Assembly: GCF_964204645.1 (NCBI RefSeq)
Contig: NC_134032.1
Span: forward strand, 5,046,175 to 5,110,174
Reading direction: 5' to 3'
Source: Tubulanus polymorphus
Taxonomy: Eukaryota > Animalia > Nemertea
DNA length: 64,000 bases
The notes under the pieces were generated by a model, which saw only the letters and a program-made list of their open reading frames with translations, was not told the DNA's origin and did no database searches. The position numbers were made by a program, and so were the translations under genes. Positions 22,620-37,000 of the stretch are shown here, in pieces (within the stretch, counting starts at the first letter, position 1; every line of letters begins with the position of its first letter).

Positions 22620-22914
22620 TATATTGGTTTATTTTCAGATTTTATAAATCTAACGTTATCAGATATACTAATTGTGGATATTCTACGTCTGTTATTATTT
22701 TTAAAATATTGTTCATATTCTCTAAATGTTTTTTGTTTTCTTCTAATGTTTTGCCTTTTAAATCTAAACAATTTAATAGCAGCTGGTCCAATATCACTTT
22801 TAAATGCTTCGGTTATTTCGATATCTTTTTTATCATCTAATGAATTAATATAATTTCTAACATCTTCCATGTATGGTCTTTTATTGTTGAATTTATTTTT
22901 TATTCCTTTAATTA
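22620..22914 (-). pseudogene. Relic of the Polinton polB N-terminal region
   Basis: NNKRPYMEDVRNYINSLDDKKDIEITEAFKSDIGPAAI matches 19400-19695; a ~30-bp further relic lies at 21779-21811. Confidence 0.88.
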
Positions 22915-25324
22915 TGCTGAGAAGATACCTAATGTTCAAATTTTCACTTTCTTTGAAGAAATGCCAAGTTTATTGGGCAGATTGAATACTGATTGCCCGT
23001 CAGACAAGCTTATTTTCGTGGGTGATTATAATATTCACATGGATAAATCAAACAATAGGGATACTCAACGATTTCTAGATATCCTACAGCAGCATGATTT
23101 GGTTCAACTTGTAGATCAACCTACTCATGAAAAGGGTCACACACTTGATCTTGTTATTGTTAGAAGTAGTGAGGTATGCATATGTGATTTGGATGTGGAT
23201 GATACTGCATGTATTGCTGACCACTATCCGGTTTCTTTCTCGGTAAATATCTGCAAACCTCCGTTGCCTACAAAAGAGATAGTGTATAGAAAATTGAAGG
23301 ATATTAACACTGCCTTATTATCTGAGATGTTCTCCAAGATTGACTTCAGTAACTTTGACTGTGTGGATGATTTAGTCACCGTTTATAACTCTGAGCTCTC
23401 TCATTTATTAGATGAATTAGCACCAGCTAAGAAGCGAAGTATTCGCATTCGTCCGAATGTTCCGTGGGGCAGTGAGGAAATTATTAAATACCGCTAGAAA
23501 GTCAGACAACTGGAGAGAAAATGGAGACATTCTCATCTGACAATAGATCGTGAAATTTGGAAATATCATTGTTGTAAAATGAAACAAATGATGAAACTGG
23601 AAAAACTAAAACCTTTCTCAGTCACCGCTGAGGTGGGCATTGCTGACTTATTTAGCACAATTCGGAAGTTGGTGTATGGTAAAAGCTCTACCAAAACACA
23701 ATGATGCTGTTTAATTAGCAAATGAGTTTGATGTTTTCTTTCTAGATAAAGTTGATCAGATAAGAGATTCTTTACCTGAATCCAATATTGATGCTTCTGA
23801 GCATTAGAATGCTGTAAAGGTTTTAGACAGTTTTAAAGCTGTGTCAATCGATCAGATTGCCAAAATTGTAATTGGCATGCGACCTACATATTGTAGTCTG
23901 GATCCATTTCCATCACAACTTCTTAAGACGGGGCTTAAAGGTATCATGCCGCTCATTACTAAAATAGTAAGCTGTTCATTGGTATCTGGACATGTTCCAA
24001 AAGATTTTAAACAAGCTATTTTGCAGCCCCTCCTCAAGAAGTCATCCCTTGATGCTGATTGTTTGAAAAACTATCGGCCCGTATCCAACTTGTCTTTTCT
24101 GTCGAAAGTACTCGAAAGAGTAGTAGCAGACCAGCTAACACTCCATTTGTCAAGCAATAACCTAGCAGACAAATTTCAATCTGCTTATTAACAACGCCAC
24201 AGTGTCGAAACAGCTCTGATTAAATGCATTATGACTTACTTTGAATCATTAGAATCAAAGCAGTGTGTGTTACTTGTTTTCTTGGATTTAAGCGCTTGCT
24301 TTCGACACTGTGGACCTCACTAGACTCGTAGAACGTCTTAATTTACTAGGAATTCAAGGCACAGTTCTTGATTGGGTCAGGTCATATCTTAGCAATAGGA
24401 CTCAAAGTGTATGTGTAACTTTTCTGAGCAATTGGAAATCAAATTTGGTGTACCTCAGGGTTCCGTTTTGGGCCCTTTGCTTTTTGCAGCGTACATTACT
24501 CCTCTTGGTAACATTAGTCAACAGCATGATCTTGATTATCATCTCCATGCTGATGATAATCAACTTTATTGCGTTTAGTGTGCCTGATTTGTTCCCATCA
24601 TGTCAAATTATGTCAGAAGGAGCTGATGATTTAAATTTCTGGATTAGGAATAATTTCCTCAAATGCAATGGGGATAAGACAGATGCGCTATTCGTGTATA
24701 CTAGGAATATGTATAGTCAGCTTCAACAGTTACCTCATATCAGAATTATTGATTCTGACATCAGACCTTCTACTTCTGTTAGGAATTTTGGAGTAATTTT
24801 TGACTCGGAGCTTACTTTCAAATATCAAATATCATCCATTGATAAATCCTGCGACTTTTCATTTACGCAACAGAAGCAAAATAAGGGACTTTTTATCTGA
24901 TGACGCTGCTCGCATTTATGTCCATGTCTTGGTTACTTCACGTCTTGATTTCTGCAACTCCTTGCTCAACGGGCTCCCTGCAAAGCCCCTCAAACCACTT
25001 CAGAGAGTCCAAAACAATGCAGCACGTCTAATTTCTCGCTCTAGCAAGTTTTCACCTCGTGAACTACGATCAGCCAATCAGTTTCTGCTAGTTGTCCCTT
25101 TGTTTCATAGTCAGTCTACAGGTAGTCGGTCATTTTCCAACAGCGCCCCTTAATTGTGGAACCAGCTTCTGCTTAGCCTTCGTGCTATCACTTCATTAGA
25201 TCAATTCAGGAAGCAGCTAACATGCTTCCTTTTTGAGGAGGAATTTTATAATTTGTATAGCGCTTTGAGCAGCTTAGCTGGATTTAGCGCAATATAGGAT
25301 ACTTTATTATTATTATTATTTATT
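22915..25324 (+). mobile_element. 5'-truncated LINE (L2/CR1 group), degraded ORF2 endonuclease-reverse transcriptase
   Basis: [71 protein letters not shown]; L2-like 3' end AGCGCTTTGAG...AGCGC plus (TTA)n tail. Confidence 0.92.
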
Positions 25325-26494
25325 ACGTGATTTGAAAACATTAACATGCGGTCAGTAGGACATAACTCTGGTCTCCCCACTTTCATATCCTTATTTTGAA
25401 ATTTTTGTATTTTTCATTAAAAAGAAAATTACACGGATTCGTTTTTAATAGAAATGAAATCCCGCCCGCGCTGCCTGGTGCATAGTTTCGCCATTTTGTT
25501 TTTGTTTTTTTCTAAAACCCTGCTTGCCATGTCACTTAAGTGGGTAGAGAAGGTGGAGAAACAAGGTATCTGTTTTTTTTAGCCTAATAGGTTTTTTTTA
25601 CCCAAGGATTGGACACGAAGAAGGAACTTTGTATCAGCTTTCTCTTTACAAAGAACAGTAAAAAATGAAACCATTTTATAATCTTAATACATTCAAATTT
25701 AATAACCTTGCTCTATACACCACACTAGGATGAATCGCTGTTTAGATGCACGACGGGCATGGAAATCCAAGCCAGAATGCATTTCTATTGATTTTTGTTT
25801 GACATCGTTTATTTTTGGATATTTCTCTTGATCGTTTTACCGCATACCTCAAATTGGACCAGTAAAATATTGCAGTCTAAATAAACCATTTATATCAATT
25901 TCACAATGCAGCGTTGATTAAATTAACTAAAGGCTTTTTGGTGGTAATATACGCTGAACTCGTAGATGTGGTCTCACTCGGTATTGGCCCGATACAATAG
26001 TTATTCTGCATTTACGTATCTCGTTGAGAAGTATCTTTGGTGTTTTGAGTGACGATGATGATAAATTATCGCATACCGGGTACCGGTAGGTGAAACCTGT
26101 TTGCTTTTTTCAACAAAGGGTATCCCCGGTTACATTTTATAGCGAAAATTATGAAATTTCATGTTTTTGACAATCCAGTGATTCCGCGATATGACAACAC
26201 AGCAGAAACTGAACGAATGTAATGTTTTGTTGTGCCTCTAGTCACACAGAATCTTTTTCAGTAAGGCAAGAATTAGCGGCAATAGAAGGGGTTCCCACCC
26301 AAAACCAAATGAAGTAAAATAAGCAACAATTGGTTTACGATTTGCAAATCATTTTTTCGTTTGATCCTATTCGCATTTATTTCAAAGTCATTATATCTAT
26401 GTTCCATCCATTTATTGTGTTCGTGGATACAATTTTCCTCAATCGTGATCCACTGTTCCAGTCCCACTTAATGAATTTAATAATCTATTAATAG

Positions 26495-26614
26495 ATTTAA
26501 TGACCGGCTGTTGCCTCCCCAAGAAGTTGCCGAGGCTTGTGTAGATGGGATGTTACGAAATGAACTCTTTGTTTATATCCCCGGACGAATGAGATACATC
26601 GCTGCTTTACTAGA
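26495..26614 (+). CDS. Host exon (penultimate), short-chain dehydrogenase of SDR16C type (RDH10/HSD17B11-like)
   Basis: AG|...|GTAAG; FNDRLLPPQEVAEACVDGMLRNELFVYIPGRMRYIAALL; phase 2 matches the exon at 32911. Confidence 0.65.
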
Positions 26615-26770
26615 GTAAGCTTAATTTTTTTATTTTTAAAATGTATGGAAATCCTTAGACGTCATACGAGATGTTAGATAAGAGATACGACTGACGAGTT
26701 AAAACAAACGAGATATACCATTTGATATGCGACATAAGAATATTAGCAGGGCGCCATTTTTGGTCACAAG

Positions 26771-29700
26771 ATGTCATTTGTTGTGGAGAAGTTACAGGAG
26801 TGGGGGAGTGGGCAACTCGTCGGAGTCTTCGAAGGTTAGTGTGAAACCATTATCATCCGAAATTCAGTTCTTGGTTAATTCAGTGATTTAGTAGGCCTTA
26901 TCTTCAGCCGAGGCTACGGCTGTCTGTCACCACCACGTGGATGACCGTGCCCTTGCGCCGCGAGTGAAACACGGACAAAATGCAAAATCATACAAAAGCA
27001 ACTTATATATCGTTTTTCATATCAATTCTTAATATATAAATTGCATTTCGAAGTTCTGATTGCAATGTTGATATCTGTTAATTTAGGAAATTTGGAATGT
27101 GACTGCCTTGTCAGCTTATTTTGAACACTAGTAGCGCCATCTGTCGAACATGAAAAAACAGCAAAATTCTACTGCCAATTTTGCCATAAATCATTGTACT
27201 GTTAGCATGTCTAATTAGTCTGTTGACTCTAAATATATTTTTGTGTGCCAGTGTCGAGCTCCTTTTTGAGGGGCAATTCTATTGGCAGAAAAAGGACACT
27301 TTTTCACTCTAAAATGGGGAACTTTGTTATTGAAAAAGCCTGGGCCGATCTTAAATAACAAGTGCTTGGGTACGTGGAAAATTACTTGAGAATGGATTAC
27401 TTTTCGTTTTCCAAGAAAACGAAAATTGTATCCAAATTTTGAAAAATCTTAACCCAAATCTTTAGGCAGTGTTTTTTTTAAATGGTCCGGAGTAGGTCAA
27501 TCTAATTCCACAGGCCAAACGTCTATTTATATTCGTGTCACATCGATTATTTTTATATTTTCCATAAGTCTTTTGAACAAATTGATCTTAAACAAATATC
27601 ACATCGGTGGATACAGCAACACCATAAACCCCTGACAGAGAACATGATCATGTAGCCTTTTTACAAGTCGAGACCTATGATCACTCATTTTAACTTGTTT
27701 TTCAGATAATTATATAGACCAGGAGGCACTGCTTCTGCTTTATGAAAAAGCACTTAAAGATTTTATACCGAAAATAGGCCTACGCGATAAATTAAGGAAA
27801 AGGATGCATTAATTGGAGGGATGCATCCTCAATGCTTCCAGTGACCAGGTATGTGCTGTTTTCCAACACACTGCATGTACAGGGTGTCCCGTAAGTAACA
27901 CAACTTTTATAAACTCAATTTCTCCGAGCCTGATGGGAATCAATGCACCAAATTGCCAGCAAACGTCAAACAAAACATGTAATTTTCAAATTCATGTTAA
28001 TATTATGTTTCACTCCTTATTTTAGAGTTTTTAGAGGCCGTACCTTTTGAAGTGATTGCGATTTTGCATCCTTACCAATGTTAGTAAATTATTGAAGCTG
28101 CGTATGACTGTCTTTTTTTTAAATTTTCAAATCAATACTATTGTTCAATTGTATGCAAATGTGTTGAAGCGCTGTATACATCAATATCCTACCAAAAACA
28201 GTGAAAATGCATAAAAATCAATCGTTACAATTGGAGCGTCAGGAAATTTGACAATTGAATGAATAATTCAACACCAGAGTAACACAACGATAATTAAGCA
28301 TCTACATTAAAATTTTTGATGATTTGGTAAAGATCTGATGATCACTTTCTGTCTGGAAGCCTTTCAAAAAATTTGCGTGTATACCAGACACCCTATCAAT
28401 AATTTATGTCCAGTTTCAGGGTTCAGTTCCACAAATATATGTTGACATCACAATTTTCTAATTTTTGTTCTTTTATCATTATGTAGGCCTCTTCAGACAA
28501 TCCACGGAGACATGTTTACTTAACTGTTTTACAGTATCTTTACTTATTTACAGTGTACTGGACAGCCTCAAGCATCAACGTCTGAGTGTATCAGACATCC
28601 TCAAGCACAAAAAACTCATGGTTAGTTTTTGTAGTTGGCCTGAATTTGTACTTAAGATTCTATAGTTACGTCTAAAATTTTGTATGAACCTAGTATAGAA
28701 GACTTTTAGCAAATTCAGTGTACAATTCAGAAACAAATACATATGACTTAATTGAGTATCATCAGTTGAATAAGACAATAAGTTGTATAAGGCTGTTATA
28801 TTTCATGTTTTAATCAACAGACATCCTTGGCAGAGGCACTTGCAGCCATAAAGACAAAACGACTTGATGTATGCGCACTACTGCTATACATATAACTACA
28901 ATCTCACTGTGTCCTAATTTATTCAAAGTTTCCCATTTTTGTAGGTCAAGACAACGGAAAATATCCATCCAAAAAAGATGAATAAACCTGAATTAAGAAT
29001 AACAGCTGGCTGGCTAAGATGGAAAAATGATCGTTACGTCCAAGTTAGAAGTGCAAACGGTGGTGGGACGCGCAAGATAGATATGCCACGCACCAGCATT
29101 TACAATCATATCCTGAAGAAATTGCGAGAGTTTTATGAAATGAAAACTCCAGTTAAAAATTGTGTGGGTTTTTTTAGGAAGTAAAATTGGAAAGCCTCTG
29201 TGCTCTCCCTCTATATTGGGAGGTAAGCAGTCAATGAGATATAATTGGAAATGTGAATACCTGTACAGATGTTATTGACTTCTTTACCTGTACACGGTCC
29301 TTACACTGGTGCCGAAGTGATTAGCACTGATTCTATATTTGAAGACCAATCTGGTCCAATACCGGTCCAATACCGGTTCTGGTCCAATACCGTTGTTACT
29401 TTCAACGTCTTAAAATTTGTCAATTTATTTCAAATTTTCTGCAATATTACTGCAGTTAAAGGTTAAAAAAGGGCAGCATCTATGGCTTGCGGAATTTTTC
29501 GTGCCGTCTAACAAGATACGTTTGTGCACTTTTACAATTTAAGTAATGATGAGGCAGGTGAAGATGAGACTGGTAATAAGGTGGCAGATATTGAAGGTGA
29601 AGCTGGTGATAAAAAGTCAGGTGAAAATGAGGCCGGTAATGAGGAGGTGGGCAAAGAGAAAGATGTGATAGTGGCAAGTGAGAAAAAAACTGACGGGTAA

Positions 29701-31220
29701 TATATTGATGCAAACAAAAATTTTTTTCTAGAATTTTTTTTAGAATCTTGGTCAACTTCTAAGCGATAGAAGTACCACTGCAATAGTTGATTGGATGTCG
29801 TTATGAACAATTTTACCCTTTTGCAATTTCAGTACTGTAGGTATGCAATATCCGTTCACTTTTCAATTAGAAACCTTAGATGATGTTAAAGGATACCTGG
29901 CTGACAAAAACAAGAACTTCTCGAAAAAGATAATGCGTATAAGTTTGATGAAGAAATGGGATCCGAGTTACTCGACTATGACCGTGAAAAATTTGTGCCT
30001 GGTTCTGTTCCTTCGTCAAACTCTACGTTACGTTGAACTGAACGACGTGCCAGCCGAAAAGGGGAGATTTTGCACTGTTGACGCATGATCAAATGTGAGC
30101 CCTAAAAGCGATGAATATAACTTGACGCATTTAGTGACTTCATACCACAACTTTTACACTATTCTGTCCACTCAGGACATTTTTGTGAGGGTGTGCAAAG
30201 ATGCTTACTCATTATCTGTGCCATCACCCAAAACAAAATTGAATATAAGGCATGGGTGAGAAATATGATAAATGATACATACAAGTGTTATGAGATATGA
30301 TGGAACATTTTTATGAGTGTTTTGAGCTTTGATAGAATAATTTGAAACATACAAGTGTTATGAGATATGATTTATGAATAGATTTCAAATTAAAAAGAGA
30401 ACTGTGGGGTTTTACAGATTTTATGCATTTATCCATTTATATCATATTTGATACAGAAACTCTCAACTCAAATCCTATTAAGTCGAAAATCCGTTCAACT
30501 CAGCATATGTTGAATTTTTTTCCGTCTCCTATGTTATACCATACCGCTACATTTAAATTTATACGTTTTAACCATGCAATTAGTACATTTAGTGAGGTTC
30601 AATTCCTTAATAATTTTTGGACGATTTCGTCAATAACACCAACTCGGATTTCGTTTAACTCGTTGATTATTTCTGGTCCAATGAATTGGAGTTGAGCGTA
30701 GTCTACTGTACTGTATATCTGAAAAGTTATTCACATTTGAGTGATTCTATAGATTTATTTTCAAAAATCAATACAGTACATCTTTTGATGTGTACAGATT
30801 TCATGCTTTCATCCATTTCATTCAGGAAGATTTTAAAAGTGGAAGTATTTTACTCTTCGTGAAATGTAATTCGAGGGTGTCGCTCTTAAGCACCTTGTTA
30901 AACAAGCTTTTGAAGGTAATTGGTAGCATACATAGAAAGAAATTTATATTTTATTATGTACCATGGAAGAGTTACTAATTCTTATTTTTAGATATAAAAT
31001 CAATATAAATATTATTTTCTGAAGATTAAGTTAGTATCTAAGGCATAAAGGTAGTTGCTGGCTTGATGCATAAGACTCTCATCCCTGTGAATAAATTATA
31101 TTGAAAATGGCAGCCTGCTAGCTCAATGAACGTCATCCAATTTCTGGGGTTGGAATGAAGAAAAACAAGTAACCGATTCAGTGGGCCTGCAATTCACGAG
31201 ACTTCATTCACTCTCCTAAT
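26771..31220 (+). pseudogene. IS3EU accessory gene: SAM domain plus G2E3/HECT-associated-like region, multi-exon, degraded
   Basis: Exon 26771-26834 (MSFVVEKLQEWGSGQLVGVFE) splices in phase to 27706 (DNYIDQEALLLLYEKALKDFIPKIGLRDKL = SAM-like); later exon GWLRWKNDRYVQVRSANGGGTRKIDM; acidic exon near 29500-29695. The 3' end is approximate. Confidence 0.6.
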
Positions 31221-31273
31221 GATTAAAATACACAATCCTCAGAACAAATCAGTTTTATTTCCATTGTCCGGTT

Positions 31274-32751
31274 TTACATTAGTCGACGTATATCACCATA
31301 CAGATCTAATTCTTCCATAAAGGTTTGTGGCATATCCCATCCATTTTGAAGGATCCAAGTCAAAATTACTTCAGCCGAATCATTACTGCACGCAAATTCA
31401 TTGAGTTCATTGTGAGAGAACATATCTAAATCAATTGGTTTAAAATTGGTCCATGAGGTGCGCACTTCTTCTCCTGTCCTCCATACACTTGAGGAGCACA
31501 ATTAACATCCTTCATTTTCGAACACGATGATAGTTTCATCTAAGTAGTACATTTTCAAGTTCATGCCGGATAATTTTAGTGAAACAGAACTGGAGAAAAT
31601 TGTCCTGATTTAAATCATTGGGGCCATACACTTGAGCCCCATCATCATGTCCGTACACAGATTCATCCAGAACTGAGTGCAATTCTGTCGCAACAATCCC
31701 CACTATCTCTATTTGCTGATCAGATATGGATGATCTGCATGTTCATCCTTGTGACTTGATCGCAGTAATGCGTGAGTGTCAAGTATTGTCAAATGTTCGC
31801 AACCTGGGTCAACACGTACTAAACCAGGCAATCCATCCAATTAATCCACGTAATTCAGATATGAGTTAAATATTGTATCACCATGTCCATTGGTAATATC
31901 GACTGTTAGCCAAAGCAATTTCCTACTGAACCCATCAATAGCCCCATGGATGAAAAATCCAAACGGTGGCATTTTGGTCAATATGCACCTAACAGTTTGG
32001 ACCATGAGTTTGATATGTCCTCCGCCCTAATCTATTCTTCATTCTAGACTCAATGACTTCTCTTTGTATGGTGTCCAATAAATCAAGGACAGTTACCCTG
32101 AAAGATTGTAAAAAACATGGTTACACGTGTACATTATAGCTATCGCTTGGAAGTCGCACCAATTTGAGATTCATCATATATGAGCCGTTGAGTGATCATG
32201 AATGCGGCACTAGGCGCACCAACCTTTTGACAAGCAAATTGTGTTCACTTCTAAGTGCATTCCAAATGAAACGATAACCCATTCTTCTTCCCGCATGTAC
32301 AAGTTTGTGTCTAATGGCATTTTCGATATATATGATTAAGCTTTCATGGCACTTTCTTTTCAAACCAAGTTCTGTCATAAGCGCTGGAACTGCCTTGTTC
32401 TGAAGAGAGAAAATAAAATTATTCAAATTATCACTAAAGGGGTGAAAGGACGCTACATACGTAGGCCTATGTGACTTAGGGACGAGTGAGGGTCCTAACC
32501 GCTTACTCGTCCAAACATCAAGGGCAAGGATCAAACTTCAAAGGCCTTCAATTGAGTAAGCAGGTTTTAATTATACACGGCTTTCCAATTGAAAAAACTA
32601 CTAACGATCGAATGATTTTGTGTTTAGCCATCATCATTATTTTGATTTCCAATATTTGGTAACCTTGGCGGAAGTATCTTTCTATAGATAGTCGTAATAC
32701 ATGGTTTCGCCGTTCGCTCGGTTTGGTGGAAGGTATCGACAGAGTTGTCAC
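31274..32751 (-). pseudogene. IS3EU-type DDE transposase (Clr5-like HTH plus integrase core), with introns and frameshifts
   Basis: IERYFRQGYQILEI, GRRMGYRFIWNALR, RRTYQTHGPN, HGAIDGFSRKLLWL, VRVDPGCE. Confidence 0.8.
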
Positions 32752-32910
32752 TAGCAGACGGACACGCGTATTGTAAATAAATCGTATCCCGTATGTTACT
32801 ATATCTCGTATGTCGTATAAGGTCTTACATAGAAACGGAAGTAACAGAATAAATAACAGACATCTGATAAATCGATCGAACTAAAATCATTTTCCTTTCA
32901 TCTTTTTCAG

Positions 32911-32989
32911 TTTTCTCCCGACAAGCTTGGTTCGATTACTCACGGATTTTTTTGGAGTGGGGATAGAACCTCATTATAAAAGTGTCTAA
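32911..32989 (+). CDS. Host terminal exon of the SDR16C-like gene
   Basis: Polypyrimidine-CAG acceptor; in-phase continuation (D)FLPTSLVRLLTDFFGVGIEPHYKSV*. Confidence 0.62.
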
Positions 32990-34067
32990 AATTAAATTGT
33001 GGCATGAATTCTTAGCCTTATCATCAACACAGTTATTGGCAGTCATTATTTATAATCAATTTGTAAGAATCGTGTTTGTCCTTTCTAAAGGATCTTTCTG
33101 AAGTGCAATTCATGAGATTCCCAGGCAGTCCCTCCGTTATTACTTTAATCGAGAGAAGCTATGATTTTACTTTGTCAATGTTCGCTGTTTGATAATTGAA
33201 AACAACAAAATATTAATTTGATTTTAATTTTAAATATAATTCATTGTTTTGCATTGTTTTTGCTAAAAATGTTTCCTTGAGCTGGTAGTTTAAGTGACAT
33301 AATAATAAAATCTTATAGTACCGGTTATTGATTTACACGGATCTCTATGTTTCGTGTTGGTTTTATTAGGTTGCATGTATTTCAAGTGAGGACCACAGAA
33401 AGGAGAGCCCGAAAATCAGGTCGTTAAGTAGCGGCAAAATTCATGCAGGAGCTGACACGTTACATTCATATTGAATATTTGACATGAATATTTGAGCACC
33501 GGTTACTGATATATCTTCATATCATCATCTTTATTTTCCTTTACAATTTCAGTTGCATAAAATGTAAACTCATTATTACGTTTAATACACTAATATGCAT
33601 AAATACATATTTCAGTGTAAGTAAATAAATATGGAGTTTTTTAAATGAATAAGTGGATTCATTTCACATTATATATAACAGAAATAGAAAGGATGGAACA
33701 GTAGGAAGCCAAGGCTTGTAAGAAACTGGCCCCTAACCCTTCTGCAACCCAAGTTTTCACAGCCATACTAAAATCACACAACACAATCACACGACATATT
33801 CACAACATAATGAGAGGGACAGAGGGCGCGGCTCGGTTCATGAGCGTAGTGCGGATCAAAGCTCCAATAAAAGTCTATTTTTCCTAAGTGTGGTTCTTTG
33901 TTTCTGAACTAGATTCATATACAGGAGGATATAAACAAAAGGCAAAATATGGTGAGAATTTTTTTTGATGTATACACTTCCCAATCGGTGACATTTGGTG
34001 TGTATCTACCACGTACTGTAGGACGTTTAAATTTGTTGAACAGCCAATAGCGACGTCACTGTAAAGA

Positions 34068-37000
34068 ATCGGTATCAAAATATAATATTTCTATATGTTT
34101 TTCTCCAAAAAGTGGTTGTAATACATTATAATAGAATTCATACATTAGTAATTTTGATAATTCTAAAACTGAAGCGCCAACATAGATTGGTTTATTAAAT
34201 TTCATCGATGTTCTTCTCATCTTAACTGCGGCTAAATTTTCATCAAATATTCTGTTACCCAAAAATATAGGATATGTTTGTAAATGTCTAATTCTTTTAC
34301 CATTACTAACTAACTCAATATCATTTCTATTTCTAATATTTTCACAAGTCTTACCATAGAATGCATTATTCATTAACTTGAAGAAATCTTTTTCGAAATC
34401 AGTTTTAGCTTCAGTTCTCTGTTTGGTGTTAAAATCTATATATTTTTCTAACCACTTAGATTGACTGAATGAAATATATCTATGTACTTTTTTTAGAACC
34501 GTTCCTTGATTCAAATAAAACTTTAACATTCTATAATGTACTACATAATTATATTTATCTTCTTGAGTTACCATTAACTTTTCTGTATGAATATGATTTT
34601 CGGGTTTAATTCGTTTTTGGTAATTTGATAATTCTTCATGAGTTACGGTTTTGTGTTCGGGGCAGTAAGCTAGATTTCTATATTTAAATTTTTTATCTTC
34701 AAATCTACAACAAAAAAGTAACCAGTATCCGAATCATCTGCAATATCTAGAATTCTTTTCTTCCAATCAAATTTATCATTATTTTCATTCTGTAAAACTT
34801 CAGTTAATTCAAATACTCCATAAGGTTGTGGTTCCATCATTGCCCAACCATACAAATTATTTGCATCTATATATAATAACTTATATCCGGGGTTATCATT
34901 TACATTGAAATATCTATCCCCTAATACACCTGAAACTCCTCCTTTATAGATTTTTCAAATAATAGTAATTGATCTATATTTGTTAACAAATCCATTTTTA
35001 TATCTGTAAATTTTAATCCACAATCCCATGTTAAACCTTGTGATGAATAACAATGACAAGGATCAATGTTAAAATATTTTAGGTTTACATCTCTAAACCT
35101 TTCGAATATATCGGTTAATAATAATACATCTGATTTTAGATATAAATCTACTAATTGTCCATGATTTTCTATTTTGAAATGATTCCAAATATTCAATGTT
35201 CTATTATATACTTCATCTTTAGCATATTCATTTTTTAATTCATCATAGAATTGTTCTTTCAATAATTCAGTTATGTTAAAATCATTATGATTTTTATAAA
35301 ATGAATATGGAATTGCGCCTTTATATCTCATTAATTGAATATCATCATTATTTGGGTAATGTTGGTTTAATATTTTCAATTCATCATCAACTAATGATTT
35401 TGATAAGTTATCTAATGAACTATTTAAAAATCTATATGATTCTATAAATCTTAAACACCCAAATTGGAATGATATATAATTCTCAGATGTTTTAGCTAAC
35501 ATTCTAAATTCATAAGTTGGTATTTTATCTTTTGATCTATTTGAATTTAATCTTTCTATTTCATTATTAATTTCTCCTATTTTATGGCATAACTGTTTGA
35601 TAAATAAATGTGCATCATATCTTGATAGATCATGAAATATAACTGGTACAAAGTTAATTTTCTTAGCTTGTAAGTTACAATTCTCATGTGCAGCGCCTCT
35701 AAACTTTCCATTCAAATGATCATGGTCTCTTTTTTATCTTTATAATTAAATATCTTTTCACAATAATAACATTTACCTGTAAACACAAATTCTTCTTTAT
35801 CTTCTTCTGTCATTATAATTTCTATATTTGTATTCAATAATTTACTAAATCTTATTTCATATTCAATTAATAAGTCACAAAAATGATTGATAACATTTTC
35901 ATTTCTGTAATTATAATATTCACTTTCAATTAGTTCTGGATAATCAGATTTAATATATAACCCGAAAGCAGCAGCTGATTGATGAATCTTTTTAATAGTA
36001 TTTGTTTTTGGTGGTTCATCTGAAAAATCATTTTCATTAGAATTTAATTTCTTTCTTTTATAATATATTTCTTTTCTATCTTGATCAGTTAGTTCTTTAT
36101 TTAATGATTCAAAATCTCCATATATTACAAATGGTACTTTATTTTTGTAATCATATTGAATTCTAATATTTTATCTTTTTCGTTTGGTAAAACTAATTTA
36201 CAATAATCATGATTTTCACATAATTGTTTATGATTTAATAATGTACTTTCATTACTGAATCTATGTAAACATTTTCTACATAGATATATTTTTTTATGGT
36301 GATCACTTTCTGTTCTAAAGAATAAATCTATTTGTTTAATCCACATATAATGATTCTCATAATATAATATATCTATAACATCGTTTGAATCATAATCTTT
36401 TGATAAATATAAAGGTTCTAATGTATAATGTTTTATATTGTTACCTTTTGTATTTGGTAATTTGATTAAATCAAATACATTTATTCTTAAATTATTATCT
36501 CTTTCTATCTTTGGGATGTTTTTAATTATAACAGGATACTTATCTATCTTATAATTATTTTCAAATTGTTTATAATTTGTTAATCTATAAGTATGTTTAT
36601 TATAATCTTCAACTGGGTGTAAGCAACTTATTATAGCCCATAGAAAACATTTATCATCTTCATTTTGTACATTTATTTAGGCATTAGTTTTAAATGGTAG
36701 TTTAATATAACTCGATGCTTCAACATCTGGTTCTTTATAATATGATACATTATTTTCATCCATTTGTTTTGATTTAGTTAATTTATTATATTTTGTATTG
36801 TATACATAGAAAGTCATAAATATTATTTCATCAAATATTAAACCAGATCCTTCAAAATATTTCTCTTCTATTTTAGTTTTTACTTCATTATAACATTTAT
36901 CTAATCTATATGTTGTTTATATATAATATGTTGTGAATGAGAATTTATATTATATATTGGTTTATCTTCAGATTTTATGAATTTAACTTTTGATGAAATA

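Larger units (their letters stand above)
26644..32831. mobile_element. IS3EU-type DNA transposon (~6.2 kb, two convergent intron-containing genes)
   Basis: Imperfect TIRs TATGGAAATCCTTAGACGTCATACGAGAT / TATGTAAGACCTTATACGACATACGAGAT; degenerate 6-bp flanks AAAATG / GAAACG; integrase-core transposase inside. Confidence 0.78.

Noticed and set aside
27706-27848. Next exon of the host SDR gene
   Set aside because: Wrong phase; it splices to 26834 as part of the IS3EU SAM-domain gene.
27880-28394. Tc1/mariner-like MITE (also 30453-30710)
   Set aside because: Only one end is convincing in each case; the TIRs are too degenerate to call.
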